Origin: Macrostomum hystrix
Lineage: Eukaryota; Animalia; Platyhelminthes
Assembly (NCBI GenBank): GCA_950097015.1
Contig: CATNEN010000024.1
Location: 3,596,001-3,660,000 of the forward strand
Length of the DNA stretch: 64,000 nt
Reading direction: 5' to 3'
A program made the position numbers and the translations under genes. The notes beneath the pieces are model-generated. The model had not been told where the DNA came from. It was given only the letters and a program-made list of their open reading frames with translations, and did not search any database. Shown here piece after piece: positions 27,372 to 41,147 of this stretch. Positions within the stretch are counted from its first letter, which is position 1. Every line of letters begins with the position of its first letter.

Positions 27372-28430
27372 TTATGATTGGGTGTCATTATCCTTTGTAA
27401 GATGATTGGGTGTCATTATCTATTATCAGATGATTGGGTGTCATTATCTATTTTCAGATGATTGTGTGTCATTATCTATTATCAGATGATTGGGTGTCAT
27501 TATCTATTATATGATGATTGGGTGTCATTATCCTTTATAAGATGATTGGGTGTCATTATCTATTATATGATGATTGGGTGTCATTATCTATTATATGATG
27601 ATTGGGTGTCATTATCTATTATATGATGATTGTGTGTCATTATCTATTATCAGATGATTGGGTGTCATTATCTATTATATGATGATTGGGTGTCATTATC
27701 TATTATATGATGATTGGGTGTCATTATCTATTATATGATGATTGGGTGCCATTATCTATTATATGATGATTGGGTGTCATTATCTATTATATGATGATTG
27801 GGTGTCATTATCTATTATATGATGATTGGGTGTCATTATCTATTATATGATGATTGGGTGTCATTATCTATTATATTATGATTGGGTGTCATTATCTATT
27901 ATATGATGATTGGGTGCCATTATCTATTATATGATGATTGTGTGTCATTATCTATTATCAGATGATTGGGTGTCATTATCTATTATATGATGATTGGGTG
28001 TCATTATCTATTATATGATAATTGGGTGTCATTATCTATTATATGATGATTGGGTGCCATTATCTATTATATGATGATTGGGTGTCATTATCTATTATAT
28101 GATGATTGGGTGTCATTATCTATTATCAGATGATTGGGTGTCATTATCTATTATCAGATGATTGGGTGTCATTATCTATTATCAGATGATTGGGTGTCAT
28201 TATCTATTATCAGATGATTGGGTGTCATTATCCTTTATAAGATGATTGGGTGTCATTATCTATTATCAGATGATTGGGTGTCATTATCCTTTATAAGATG
28301 ATTGGGTGTCATTATCCTTTGTAAGATGATTGGGTGTCATTATCCTTTATAAGATGATTGGGTGTCATTATCTATTATCAGATGATTGGGTGTCATTATC
28401 TATTATCAGATTATTGGATATCTATTATCA
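27372..28430. repeat. 28-bp minisatellite in Nck intron
   Basis: Unit GATGATTGGGTGTCATTATCTATTATAT. Confidence 0.95.
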
Positions 28431-28753
28431 AATTTTGTATGCCACTGATAGTCTCAGTAGTCTGGGTTATTCGACTATTAATATTTTGAAACTTGGCATC
28501 TGAAAAGCAAGCGCGCACGAAGCGTTTCTACGGTGCAAAAGCTCCCGCTTTTAGTGGCGCTAATAATATTCTTATTATATCTCTCTTCTGTACTTTTGTT
28601 CTCTTTCAAACTTGTAGTACTATTGTACAATATCATAGGCGCCCCATGCCTGAACTGTTGGTAGTGCTAGTTTTTTTTCGTCGTTCTGTGCATTTGTGTC
28701 CATTTCATTCTCTGCTCCCCTTCGCTTCTGTAACCCTCTTTCCTTCTGCTTTT

Positions 28754-28754
<1 letters not shown>

Positions 28755-28796
<42 letters not shown>
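28755..28796. repeat. (CAG)14 microsatellite, intronic
   Basis: Direct reading of the sequence. Confidence 0.95.
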
Positions 28797-28800
<4 letters not shown>

Positions 28801-29169
28801 CTCCCTTCGACAGAATTTTCCTGGTTGAATTGTCTTGCCTCTTGCCTCCTATGTTGCTTCACAAAATAAAACTAGCAGTCACACAAAAGGCAGTGGCAAA
28901 TCAGCACATGTTAATTGATCAACTATTTAGAACGAGAACCACAAAAATAGACTAGAATAGGGAATAAAATGTGTCTGAGAAATTACGTCTCTTAGATTGT
29001 GTTTTTGTGTGTTTGCATTTATTGTAGAGAAATTTCAAGCAGCTTGACCTAACGAGAAAGACACTTAAAGTAAACATTTAAAATAAATTGAGTTTTAAGG
29101 TCTAAGACTTTTTGTCGAGTTTAAATTCGGCTAAAGACGTTGATAAGTCGAATTTCCGTTAGGTCGAAG

Positions 29170-30642
29170 TCTTGGATTTGTCGAATTTCTATTTAGTCAA
29201 AGCCTTGGAGTTGTCGAATTTCAATTTAGTCAAAGCCTTGGAGTTGTCGAATTTCTATTTAGTCAGAGCCTTGGAGTTGTCGAATTTCTATTTAGTCAAA
29301 GCCTTGGAGTTGTCGAATTTCTATTTAGTCAACGTCTTGGAGTTGTCGAATTTCAATTTAGTCAAAGCCTTGGAGTTGTCGAATTTCTATTTAGTCAACG
29401 TCTTCGAGTTGTCGAATTTCTATTTAGTCAAAGTCTTGGAGTTGTCGAATTTCTATTTAGTCAAAGTCTTGGAGTTGTCGAATTTCTATTTAGTCAAAGT
29501 CTTGAATTTTTCGAATTTCTATTTAGTCAGAGCCTTGGAGTTGTCGAATTTCTATTTAGTCAAAGCCTTGGAGTTGTCGAATTTCTATTTAGTCAAAGCC
29601 TTGGAGTTGTCGAATTTCTATTTAGTCAACGTCTTGGAGTTGTCGAATTTCAATTTAGTCAACGTCTTGGAGTTGTCAAATTTCTATTTAGTCAAAGCCT
29701 TGGAGTTGTCGAATTTCTATTTAGTCAACGTCTTGGAGTTGTCGAATTTCAATTTAGTCAAAGCCTTGGAGTTGTCGAATTTCTATTTAGTCAAAGCCTT
29801 GGAGTTGTCGAATTTCTATTTAGTCAACGTCTTGGAGTTGTCGAATTTCAATTTAGTCAAAGCCTTGGAGTTGTCGAATTTCTATTTAGTCAACGTCTTC
29901 GAGTTGTCGAATTTCTATTTAGTCAAAGTCTTGGAGTTGTCGAATTTCTATTTAGTCAAAGTCTTGGAGTTGTCGAATTTCTATTTAGTCAAAGTCTTGA
30001 ATTTTTCGAATTTCTATTTAGTCAAAGCCTTGGAGTTGTCGAATTTCTATTTAGTCAAAGCCTTGGAGTTGTCGAATTTCTATTTAGTCAACGTCTTGGA
30101 GTTGTCGAATTTCAATTTAGTCAAAGCCTTGGAGTTGTCGAATTTCTATTTAGTCAACGTCTTCGAGTTGTCGAATTTCTATTTAGTCAAAGTCTTGGAG
30201 TTGTCGAATTTCTATTTAGTCAAAGTCTTGGAGTTGTCGAATTTCTATTTAGTCAAAGTCTTGAATTTTTCGAATTTCTATTTAGTCAAAGCCTTGGAGT
30301 TGTCGAATTTCTATTTAGTCAAAGCCTTGGAGTTGTCGAATTTCTATTTAGTCAAAGCCTTGGAGTTGTCGAATTTCTATTTAGTCAAAGCCTTGGAGTT
30401 GTCGAATTTCTATTTAGTCAAAGCCTTGGAGTTGTCGAATTTCTATTTAGTCAAAGCCTTGGAGTTGTCGAATTTCTATTTAGTCAACGTCTTGGAGTTG
30501 TCGAATTTCAATTTAGTCAAAGCCTTGGAGTTGTCGAATTTCTATTTAGTCAAAGCCTTGGAGTTGTCGAATTTCTATTTAGTCAAAGCCTGGGAGTTGT
30601 CGAATTTCAATTTAGTCGAAGCATTGGAGTTGTCGAATTTCT
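29170..30642. repeat. 33-bp minisatellite in Nck intron
   Basis: Unit TTGGAGTTGTCGAATTTCTATTTAGTCAAAGCC; gives the spurious LELSNFYLVKA ORF. Confidence 0.96.
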
Positions 30643-31423
30643 AATTTTCTGGTCTAGGTGTTATATACTCGTATTTATTCTATTATAATCCATCTTCATG
30701 TGATGCCTCGTTAATTCAACAAGTCAGAACACAAAGTAGTCGCATCGATTTAGGATAAAAAAATGGGCGTGGCAGGTCTGTGTGCAAGAGTAAGTAAGTT
30801 GGAATTGTTAAAATCAGCACAAGGTGTTGCTGCATCGCCTATAGATTTGAATATATCTTTGCTAGATTAAATCTAAAGTCAAGTCTAAAATCTTAAAGAT
30901 TTCTTATTCTATCTCTTTCCCTCCTCCCTCCAATGTCCTCCATCTCAATCGGTCTCCAGCCTCATCCCTGCACATTTTCTTTCCACGCCAAAATCTTCAT
31001 GTGACTACATCTGCGAAGAAAATGTGCTTCTTAGAAGAAGAAAAAAGTATGAATACAGTGAAAAACCGACATACAGGAATGGATTGGTAAGGAGGGTCAA
31101 GAAAGTTATTATGTTTGCTTGACATGGCACTATTGAGTATACTATTGAGTCGTTTCTATTCGATTCATATATTCTTAGAAACCTACATTTACTTGCAACT
31201 CGGAATAAGAAAAAGCGATCGTTTAATTCGCACGCTTGACCCACTCCCCTGATGACCTTTATTGACCTCAAGGTGTTGTTCCAGATCGGCCTTCACTCAC
31301 TCTAGTCCCATCTATCTGATCGCAACACCTCATTATTTTCTTATCTATTCGATTGCATGCTAGCGACAATTCGAGTCTGTTCTATATGTTCTTGTTAAAA
31401 TACCCTCATAGCTATCATTCTAA

Positions 31424-31620
31424 GGAGTGAGTGAGTGGCAGAGCGGTTGATGCATTCGCCTCTCGCACCAGGCACCAAGGTCCGAGATCGTGTGCCTGCG
31501 TACAGTATCTGTGTGCGTGTGTGCTCAGGAGTCAGCGAAATGGGCAGAATTGCATCCTCGCTGGCCGCAGGTCTAGTGTCAACAAATGATGTACCATTGC
31601 CCTCAGCCCTCCTGTAATGT
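31424..31620 (+). mobile_element. Internally deleted SINE family A (head joined to 3' third)
   Basis: GTGAGTGGCAGAGCGGTT...CGCACCA head fused to TGCCTGCGTACAGTATCTG...CAGCCCTCCTG. Confidence 0.85.
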
Positions 31621-31690
31621 TAAATCGGATTGACGAATGTTAAAGAAGCTTTTGCTAATCTTTCATTATAATCTATTTCAAATCCGACAG

Positions 31691-31921
31691 CCCAGCGATC
31701 TCACTTTGACGATGCGCGCTCGGGAAAAGAATCGCAACTTTAAAATTCGCCGAATACCCGAGTCAAACGGTCTGCGCTATAATATCGGCCAGAAGTACTT
31801 CAATAGCCTTGAGGATCTGGTCCAGCACTACAAGGAGCATCCGATATTTCGGTCGGCTGACGAGCGCTGCCATCTCACTGGCGCCTTCCAGCATCCAAGC
31901 CTGTCTGGTACTCAGCTGTAG
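31691..31921 (+). CDS. NCK: Nck coding exon 3 (rest of SH2) to stop
   Basis: Acceptor CGACAG at 31690. PSDLTLTMRAREKNRNFKI...YNIGQKYFNSLEDLVQHYKEHPIF, TAG at 31919. The three exons total 1536 nt (511 aa). Confidence 0.94.
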   Translation, partial: PSDLTLTMRAREKNRNFKIRRIPESNGLRYNIGQKYFNSLEDLVQHYKEHPIFRSADERCHLTGAFQHPSLSGTQL

Positions 31922-32053
31922 CTTAACTGTTGAATGCCACTGCACCCTGACCAGATTATATTGCAATATGTCTCTAGAGAATAGCAAATGTTACTATCTC
32001 TTACTGTACTCAACTAATTTAAAGACTGCTTTATTTTATTATAGTCTAAATAA

Positions 32054-34760
32054 GACAGTCAGTGCTCATGTCTGATGACAGTCAGTGCTCATGTCTGATG
32101 ACAGTCAGTGCTCATGTCTGATGACAGTCAGTGCTCATGTCTGATGACAGTAAGTGCTCATGTCTGATGACAGTAAGTGCTCATGTCTGATGACAGTAAG
32201 TGCTCATGTCTGATGACAGTCAGTGCTCATGTCTGATGACAGTCAGTGCTCATGTCTGATGACAGTCAGTGCTCATGTCTGATGACAGTCAGTGCTCATG
32301 TCTGATGACAGTCAGTGCTCATGTCTGATGACAGTAAGTGCTCATGTCTGATGACAGTAAGTGCTCATGTCTGATGACAGTCAGTGCTCATGTCTGATGA
32401 CAGTAAGTGCTCATGTCTGATGACAGTCAGTGCTCATGTCTGATGACAGTCAGTGCTCATGTCTGATGACAGTCAGTGCTCATATCTGATGACAGTCAGT
32501 GCTCATGTCTGATGACAGTAAGTGCTCATGTCTGATGACAGTAAGTGCTCATGTCTGATGACAGTAAGTGCTCATGTCTGATGACAGTCAGTGCTCATGT
32601 CTGATGACAGTCAGTGCTCATGTCTGATGACAGTCAGTGCTCATGTCTGATGACAGTCAGTGCTCATGTCTGATGACAGTCAGGGCTCATGTCTGATGAC
32701 AGTAAGTGCTCATGTCTGATGACAGTCAGTGCTCATGTCTGATGACAGTAAGTGCTCATGTCTGATGACAGTAAGTGCTCATGTCTGATGACAGTAAGTG
32801 CTCATGTCTGATGACAGTAAGTGCTCATGTCTGATGACAGTCAGTGCTCATGTCTGATGACAGTCAGTGCTCATGTCTGATGACAGTCAGTGCTCATGTC
32901 TGATGACAGTCAGGGCTCATGTCTGATGACAGTCAGTGCTCATGTCTGATGACAGTCAGTGCTCATGTCTGATGACAGTCAGTGCTCATGTCTGATGACA
33001 GTAAGTGCTCATGTCTGATGACAGTCAGTGCTCATGTCTGATGACAGTAAGTGCTCATGTCTGATGACAGTAAGTGCTCATGTCTGATGACAGTAAGTGC
33101 TCATGTCTGATGACAGTCAGTGCTCATGTCTGATGACAGTAAGTGCTCATGTCTGATGACAGTCAGTGCTCATGTCTGATGACAGTAAGTGCTCATGTCT
33201 GATGACAGTAAGTGCTCATGTCTGATGACAGTAAGTGCTCATGTCTGATGACAGTAAGTGCTCATGTCTGATGACAGTCAGTGCTCATGTCTGATGACAG
33301 TAAGTGCTCATGTCTGATGACAGTCAGTGCTCATGTCTGATGACAGTCAGTGCTCATGTCTGATGACAGTAAGTGCTCATGTCTGATGACAGTCAGTGCT
33401 CATGTCTGATGACAGTAAGTGCTCATGTCTGATGACAGTAAGTGCTCATGTCTGATGACAGTAAGTGCTCATGTCTGATGACAGTCAGTGCTCATGTCTG
33501 ATGACAGTAAGTGCTCATGTCTGATGACAGTAAGTGCTCATGTCTGATGACAGTAAGTGCTCATGTCTGATGACAGTCAGTGCTCATGTCTGATGACAGT
33601 AAGTGCTCATGTCTGATGACAGTCAGTGCTCATGTCTGATGACAGTCAGTGCTCATGTCTGATGACAGTCAGTGCTCATGTCTGATGACAGTCAGTGCTC
33701 ATGTCTGATGACAGTCAGTGCTCATGTCTGATGACAGTCAGTGCTCATGTCTGATGACAGTCAGTGCTCATGTCTGATGACAGTCAGTGCTCATGTCTGA
33801 TGACAGTCAGGGCTCATGTCTGATGACAGTCAGTGCTCATGTCTGATGACAGTAAGTGCTCATGTCTGATGACAGTAAGTGCTCATGTCTGATGACAGTC
33901 AGTGCTCATGTCTGATGACAGTAAGTGCTCATGTCTGATGACAGTAAGTGCTCATGTCTGATGACAGTCAGTGCTCATGTCTGATGACAGTAAGTGCTCA
34001 TGTCTGATGACAGTCAGTGCTCATGTCTGATGACAGTAAGTGCTCATGTCTGATGACAGTCAGTGCTCATGTCTGATGACAGTAAGTGCTCATGTCTGAT
34101 GACAGTCAGTGCTCATGTCTGATGACAGTCAGTGCTCATGTCTGATGACAGTCAGTGCTCATGTCTGATGACAGTAAGTGCTCATGTCTGATGACAGTCA
34201 GGGCTCATGTCTGATGACAGTAAGTGCTCATGTCTGATGACAGTAAGTGCTCATGTCTGATGACAGTCAGTGCTCATGTCTGATGACAGTAAGTGCTCAT
34301 GTCTGATGACAGTAAGTGCTCATGTCTGATGACAGTCAGTGCTCATGTCTGATGACAGTAAGTGCTCATGTCTGATGACAGTCAGTGCTCATGTCTGATG
34401 ACAGTCAGTGCTCATGTCTGATGACAGTAAGTGCTCATGTCTGATGACAGTCAGGGCTCATGTCTGATGACAGTAAGTGCTCATGTCTGATGACAGTCAG
34501 TGCTCATGTCTGATGACAGTAAGTGCTCAAGTCTGATGACAGTCAGTGCTCATGTCTGATGACAGTAAGTGCTCATGTCTGATGACAGTAAGTGCTCATG
34601 TCTGATGACAGTAAGTGCTCATGTCTGATGACAGTAAGTGCTCATGTCTGATGACAGTAAGTGCTCATGTCTGATGACAGTAAGTGCTCATGTCTGATGA
34701 CAGTCAGTGCTCATGTCTGATGACAGTCAGTGCTCATGTCTGATGACAGTATGTGCTCAT
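32054..34760. repeat. 23-bp minisatellite, about 118 copies, two-state variant
   Basis: Unit GACAGT(C/A)AGTGCTCATGTCTGAT. Confidence 0.97.
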
Positions 34761-35451
34761 GACTAAGTGCAGTAAATGCTTTTAAGTGTCTTATGAAAGC
34801 TTGTAAAGAGCTTGTTAAATAAGTTTTTGGCGAATACATTTTAGCAACTTAAAAAAACCTTTCGTTTTTTCTCCATAAGCTACTAGTAAGTAGTACAGGG
34901 CTAACTCATTGATTTCTAGCAATATAAAAGTATTTTTTTATACTTGAGCTGCTACTGTTAAAACGACCTCAATTATTTTACTATTTATTTGAAATATTTC
35001 CACACAATGTTCTGTCTAGCGATTGTGCAATTTGCTTGTTATAATTGTACGGAGTAAGGTGCAAAATTAAGTTTCTTTGCTACATAAATAAATATTACAG
35101 ACCCGGAGCTTCTGATTCGTCGTATTAAATTAGACTTATTCTTATCAACAACCCCAAATTATATTACCGTGTAGCAAAGTAAACAAGACTGGATTCTACG
35201 CAATTATAAAGAACAGCAACGCCATTTTATTTCACTATTGAGAAATCGGATCTATCCGGAATCAGTTTTTTTGTAGTATACCTGATTTAATTGCGTCATT
35301 TTTTGCATTCTGCTAGCATTTTTCCATTATTTATTGCTTTATTTTTTAGTAACAAAGTGCTATAAGTTGTTTTTTTTTTAATTCGTATTCTCATGCGTTC
35401 TGCCTGTCTCGCTCGTTATTATTCAATCCTTCCTTTTTCATTTCCTCCCCT

Positions 35452-37735
35452 CATCAGATGCTAAAGAGTGACATCCCCAATTCCTCAGATGCTAAAGTGT
35501 GACATCCCCCAATCCCTCAGATGCTAGAGTGTAACATCCCCCAATCCCTCAGATGCCAGAGTGTGACATCCCCCAATCCCTCAGATGCTAGAGTGTGACA
35601 TCCCCCAATCCCTCAGATGCCAGAGTGTGACATCCCCCAATTCCTCAGATGCTAAAGTGTGACATCCCCCAATTCCTCAGATGCTAGAGTGTGACATCCC
35701 CCAATTCCTCAGATGCCAGAGTGTGACATCCCCCAATTCCTCAGATGCTAAAGTGTGACATCCCCCAATCCCTCAGATGCTAGAGTGTGACATCCCCCAA
35801 TCCCTCAGATGCTAAAGTTTGACATCCCCCAATCCCTCAGATGCTAGAGTGTGACATCCCCCAATCCCTCAGATGCTAGAGTGTGACATCCCCTAATCCC
35901 TCAGATGCTAAAGTGTGACATCCCCCAATCCCTCAGATGCTAGAGTGTGACATCCCCCAATCCCTCAGATGCCAGAGTGTGACATCCCCCAATTCCTCAG
36001 ATGCTAAAGTGTGACATCCCCCAATCCCTCAGATGCTAGAGTGTGACATCCCCCAATCCCTCAGATGCTAAAGTTTGACATCCCCTAATCCCTCAGATGC
36101 TAGAGTGTGACATCCCCTAATCCCTCAGATGCTAAAGAGTGACATCCCCCAATCCCTCAGATGCTAAAGTGTGACATCCCCCAATCCCTCAGATGCTAGA
36201 GTGTGACATCCCCCAATCCCTCAGATGCTAAAGTTTGACATCCCCTAATCCCTCAGATGCTAGAGTGTGACATCCCCTAATCCCTCAGATGCTAAAGTGG
36301 GACATCCCCTAATCCCTCAGATGATAGAGTGTGACATCCCCTAATCCCTCAGATGCTAAAGTGGGACATCCCCTAATCCCTCAGATGCTAAAGTGGGACA
36401 TCCCCCAATCCCTCAGATGCTAGAGTGTGACATCCCCTAATCCCTCAGATGCTAAAGTGGGACATCCCCTAATCCCTCAGATGATAGAGTGTGACATCCC
36501 CTAATCCCTCAGATGCTAAAGTGTGACATCCCCCAATACCTCAGATGCTAGAGTGTGACATCCCCCAATCCCTCAGATGCTAAAGTGTGACATCCCCCAA
36601 TCCCTCAGATGCTAGAGTGTGACATCCCCCAATCCCTCAGATGCTAAAGTGTGACATCCCCTAATCCCTCAGATGCTAGAGTGTGACATCCCCCAATCCC
36701 TCAGATGCTAGAGTGTGACATCCCCTAATCCCTCAGATGCTAGAGTGTGACATCCCCTAATCCCTCAGATGCTGAGATGTGACATCCCCCTAATCCCTCA
36801 GATGCTAGAGTGTGACATCCCCTAATCCCTCAGATGCCTAGAGTGTGACATCCCCTAATCCCTCAGATGCTAGAGTGTGACATCCCCTAATCCCTCAGAT
36901 GCTAGAGTGTGACATCCCCCAATCCCTCAGATGCTAGAGTGTGACATCCCCTAATCCCTCAGATGCTAGAGTGTGACATCCCCCTAATCCCTCAGATGCT
37001 AGAGTGTGACATCCCCTAATCCCTCAGATGCTAGAGTGTGACATCCCCCTAATCCCTCAGATGCTAGAGTGTGACATCCCCCTAATCCCTCAGATGCTAG
37101 AGTGTGACATCCCCCTAATCCCTCAGATGCTGAGAGTGTGACATCCCCCAATCCCTCAGATGCTAGAGTGTGACATCCCCTAATCCCTCAGATGCTAGAG
37201 TGTGACACCCCCCAATCCCTCAGATGCTAGAGTGTGACATCCCCCAATCCCTCAGATGCTAGAAGTGTGACATCCCCTAATCCCTCAGATGCTAGAGTGT
37301 GACATCCCCCTAATCCCTCAGATGCTAGAGTGTGACATCCCCCTAATCCCTCAGATGCCTAGAGTGTGACATCCCCTAATCCCTCAGATGCTAAAGTGTG
37401 ACATCCCCTAATCCCTCAGATGCTAGAGTGTGACATCCCCCAATCCCTCAGATGCTAGAGTGTGACATCCCCCAATCCCTCAGATGCTAGAGTGTGACAT
37501 CCCCTAATCCCTCAGATGCTAGAGTGTGACATCCCCTAATCCCTCAGATGCTAGAGTGTGACACCCCCTAATCCCTCAGATGCTAGAGTGTGACATCCCC
37601 CAATCCCTCAGATGCTAGAGTGTGACGTCCCCTAATCCCTCAGATGCTAAAGTGTGACATCCCCCAATCCCTCAGATGCCAGAGTGTGACATCCCCCAAT
37701 CCCTCAGATGCTGGAGTGTGACATCCCCTAATCCG
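35452..37735. repeat. ~32-bp minisatellite
   Basis: Unit CCTCAGATGCTAGAGTGTGACATCCCCCAATC. Confidence 0.96.
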
Positions 37736-38409
37736 CTCAGTCTCCAATTCCGTCAGAAAGCATGTAGTGCATATTATCGTAATCATTTCGATCCCAGTTT
37801 GCCTACTCAGTTTAGTGCGGGCAGTATTATTACTTATTTTTTATTTCAAGTATCACGCAATGTTAAGCAATACAATATCCCCCAAAAAACAAAGGAAGTG
37901 CACTGCAAACTTTCTAAACGCAGATTTAATTTCCGTGTGGCACGATGCACAATCGACTTCTTTGTAAATCAAATTTTTCTCTCCGGCTTTTTAACCTCGC
38001 TAGCTTCATTGCTTATTTAACCAAAAAAAAAAGTTTTTTGTATTAAGTTCAAATTCGTGAGAAGTTATGTCTGAGTTTTGACTCGTCGTAGACTCAAATT
38101 CATGTTTTCCTAGAGACAGTAAATAATTTAGATTTATTATACTTGCAAAATGACCCAAAAATTTTATTTGTCCTCGAATTTTTTTCTATAATTGCACCTG
38201 CCTCATCTTTTCTCAAGCCACACTGAGTTTGTTTTTTAGTCAATGAGTCTATATGAAATATATGTTTATTTATTCGTACATAAAAGAAGGTCCTTAATAT
38301 TATTGTCATTATTATCATTGACACAGTATCATTGCGTATTTGTGCCATTTGTTTATATATACAAATCAATTCAACCAGTCTTAAAAGTTCATTTCTTTGT
38401 ATATTTTAG

Positions 38410-39110
38410 CAGACACTACTAGATAGAATGACCAGACACTAAGAGAGAATGACCAGACACTAAGAGAGAATGACCAGACACTAAGAGAGAATGACCAGAC
38501 ACTACTAGAGAGAATGACCAGACACTACTAGAGAGAATGACCAGACACTACTAGAGAGAATGACCAGACACTACGAGAGAGAATGACCAGAAACTTCGAG
38601 AGAGAATGACCAGAAACTACGAGAGACGATGACCAGACACTAAATAATTACTAGACACTACTAGAGAGATTGACCAGACACTACTAGAGAGAATGACCAG
38701 ACACTACTAGAAAGAATGAGCAGAAACTAGAGAAAGACCACCCACTACGAGAGAGAATTACCAGAAACTATGAGAGACGATGACCAGACAGTAGAGAATT
38801 ACCAGAAACTACGAGAGACGATGACCAGACACTAAATAATTACTAGACACTACTAGAGAGATTGACCAGACACTACTAGAGAGAATGACCAGACACTACT
38901 AGAAAGAATGAGCAGAAACTAGAGAAAGACCACCCACTACGAGAGAGAATTACCAGAAACTACGAGAGACGATGACCAGACAGTAGAGAATTACCAGAAA
39001 CTACGAGAGACGATGACCAGACACTAAATAATTACTAGACACTACTAGAGAGAATGACCAGAAACTACAAGAGACGATGACCAGACAGTAGAGAATGACT
39101 AGAAACTACG
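38410..39110. repeat. Degenerate 20-23-bp repeat with ~190-bp higher-order unit
   Basis: GAGAGAATGACCAGACACTACTA units; the ACTAAATAATTACTAGAC landmark recurs near 38638, 38831 and 39021. Confidence 0.85.
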
Positions 39111-40224
39111 AGACACCGACTTGGGTTATTCTCCGAAGCAAAATATATTTGTTTCACGGTTTGTCGCATCAGCCCTCCTGCTGGCCACTCTCACTTTTCC
39201 CACGCTTTTGTTCCAAGAAACGAGAGTCCACCTCTTCCAAACCCAGCTCCCTGGGTTTTCCTACGTCGGGGAAAAAAGTCCCTCCCTCCTATTCCTGTTT
39301 TAGCCATCCCGAAAAAAGAAGAGAAAAGAATTATCCCAAGCCAGAAGACGACTGTCGGCTGGAGACCCGGAATCCGCATCTGCAGGGACAGTCGGTCCTG
39401 TCAGGACCTCGCCAGGCTAACAGGTTATGACAGCCCCGGCGCCCGATAGTCTAACTAGAGGGTTCGCGGAGGCTGGCCGCGGGTGGGGATCGGGTTGGTT
39501 TTGGAGCGAGAGATCCCGCGGCGGGGGGCCGCTTGGTCCCTGGGAAGAGGAGGGCGACGATGTGAAAAAAAACTGTGGGAGACCGGAGTGGGACAAGGGG
39601 GAGTGAGGTGGGACTGGCCGTTCTGACAAAGTAGGACCTCTGGAGAGCATTCCACATGACTCCCTTGTAGCCCCATCCCGTGTTCGCAATGGATCTATAA
39701 AATAACGATAACAGATGTACAAATTTATAGACGAGAAGCAATTGCTGCAGAAATGTCTGAAGACGGGACAAGAACTTATGCAAATTGCAAGCGATCGTTA
39801 AGTGTGCGTGTGACCTCTCGACCGGGCGGCCTATAGCTTGTCATTTATATTATTCAGGCAATCGAAGTTACTTTTTTGGCCCATTTCACCTTTGGAGCGA
39901 AAGAATAACTATGACGCAACACTGGGAAGGATTGTGTACATCCTTCCTATTTGTTTCACGTAGAGCTAAAATTGTAAACTTGTAAACTATTTTCAGCCAG
40001 CTGCAGGACGCTTGCGCGAATCTGAATGTCAATGTGATTTCTGCCATTTGTGCTGTAACACGATCTATAACTTTGTAATGAGATTCTTGAACAATTGCTT
40101 TTGCCAACTATCAGAGGGAGGAATTTAGAATAACTAAATAACAATTGTGTATTAATTGGGAATAATGGGCCTGGGGTGGATGGCCCGAGAGAGGAACATA
40201 TTTTAGTTGGAACACCTGTGTTTG

Positions 40225-41147
40225 GGACATATGTGGCTGGATTCCTGTGGCTGGAATACCTGTGGCTGGATTACCTGTGGTTGGAATACCTGTGGCTGGA
40301 TTACCTGTGGTTGGAATACCTGTGGCTGGAATACCTGTGGCTGGAATACCTGTGGCTGGAATACCTGTGGCTGGATTACCTGTGGCTGGATTACCTGTGG
40401 CTGTAATACCTGTGGCTAGAATACCTGTAGCTGGAATACCTGTGGCTGGAATACCTGTGGCTGGAATACCTGTAGCTGGAATACCTGTGGCTGGAATACC
40501 TGTGGCTGGAATACCTGTGGCTGGAATACCTGTGGCTGGAATACCTGTGGCTGGAATACCTGTGGCTGGAATACCTATGGCTGGAATACCTGTGGCTGGA
40601 ATACCTGTGGCTGGAATACCTGTGGCTGGAATACCTATGGCTGGAATACCTATGGCTGGAATACCTGTGGCTGGAATACCTGTGGCTGGGGGGTGAGTGG
40701 CAGAGCGGTTAACGCGTTTGCCTCTCGCACCACGGTCCCTAAGTTCGATTACACGGCGAGGCCACATTTATTTGGGACGCAGCCGCGGAGAGAAGGCTTT
40801 GGGGCTTGTCGTGCAATTGACGCCCTTGAGGGCCAACCTCCAAGACACAGTGAAATGTACACTGCCTGACGATGAGAAAGTCAGGGCAGATGTACACACC
40901 TGTGTGAGCGAATGCCTGCGTACAGTATTTGTGTGCGTGTGTGCTCAGGAGTCAGCGAAATGGGCAGAATTGCCTCCTCGCTGGCTGCGGGTCTAGTGTC
41001 ACCAAATGATGTGCCATTGCCCGCAGCCCTCCTGCAATTATTACTATTATTATACCTGTGGCTGGAATACCTGTGGCTGGAATACCTGTGGCTGGAATAC
41101 CTGTGGCTGGAATACCTATGGCTGGAATACATGTGGCTGGAATACCT
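40225..41147. repeat. 15-bp minisatellite interrupted by a SINE
   Basis: Unit CTGGAATACCTGTGG on both sides of 40690-41051. Confidence 0.95.
40690..41051 (+). mobile_element. Full-length tRNA-derived SINE, family A (362 bp, least decayed copy)
   Basis: A box TGGCAGAGCGG, B box AGTTCGATT, (TTA)n-like tail, flanked by ATACCTGTGGCTGG on both sides. Confidence 0.92.

Noticed and set aside
29172-30644. 490-aa ORF (LELSNFYLVKA repeats) as a protein
   Set aside because: It is a 33-bp minisatellite that happens to lack stops in one frame. It lies inside a Nck intron, starts with TTG and has no unique flanking coding sequence.
40111-40767. ATGIP/VAGIP repeat ORFs
   Set aside because: A 15-bp minisatellite read in several frames, with starts inside a SINE.
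40863-40890. Hammerhead core in SINE A (CTGACGA-TGA-GAAA)
   Set aside because: Only 3 nt lie between the core strands, GAAA is not conserved in other copies, and the segment is better explained as a CTGAC/GTCAG hairpin.
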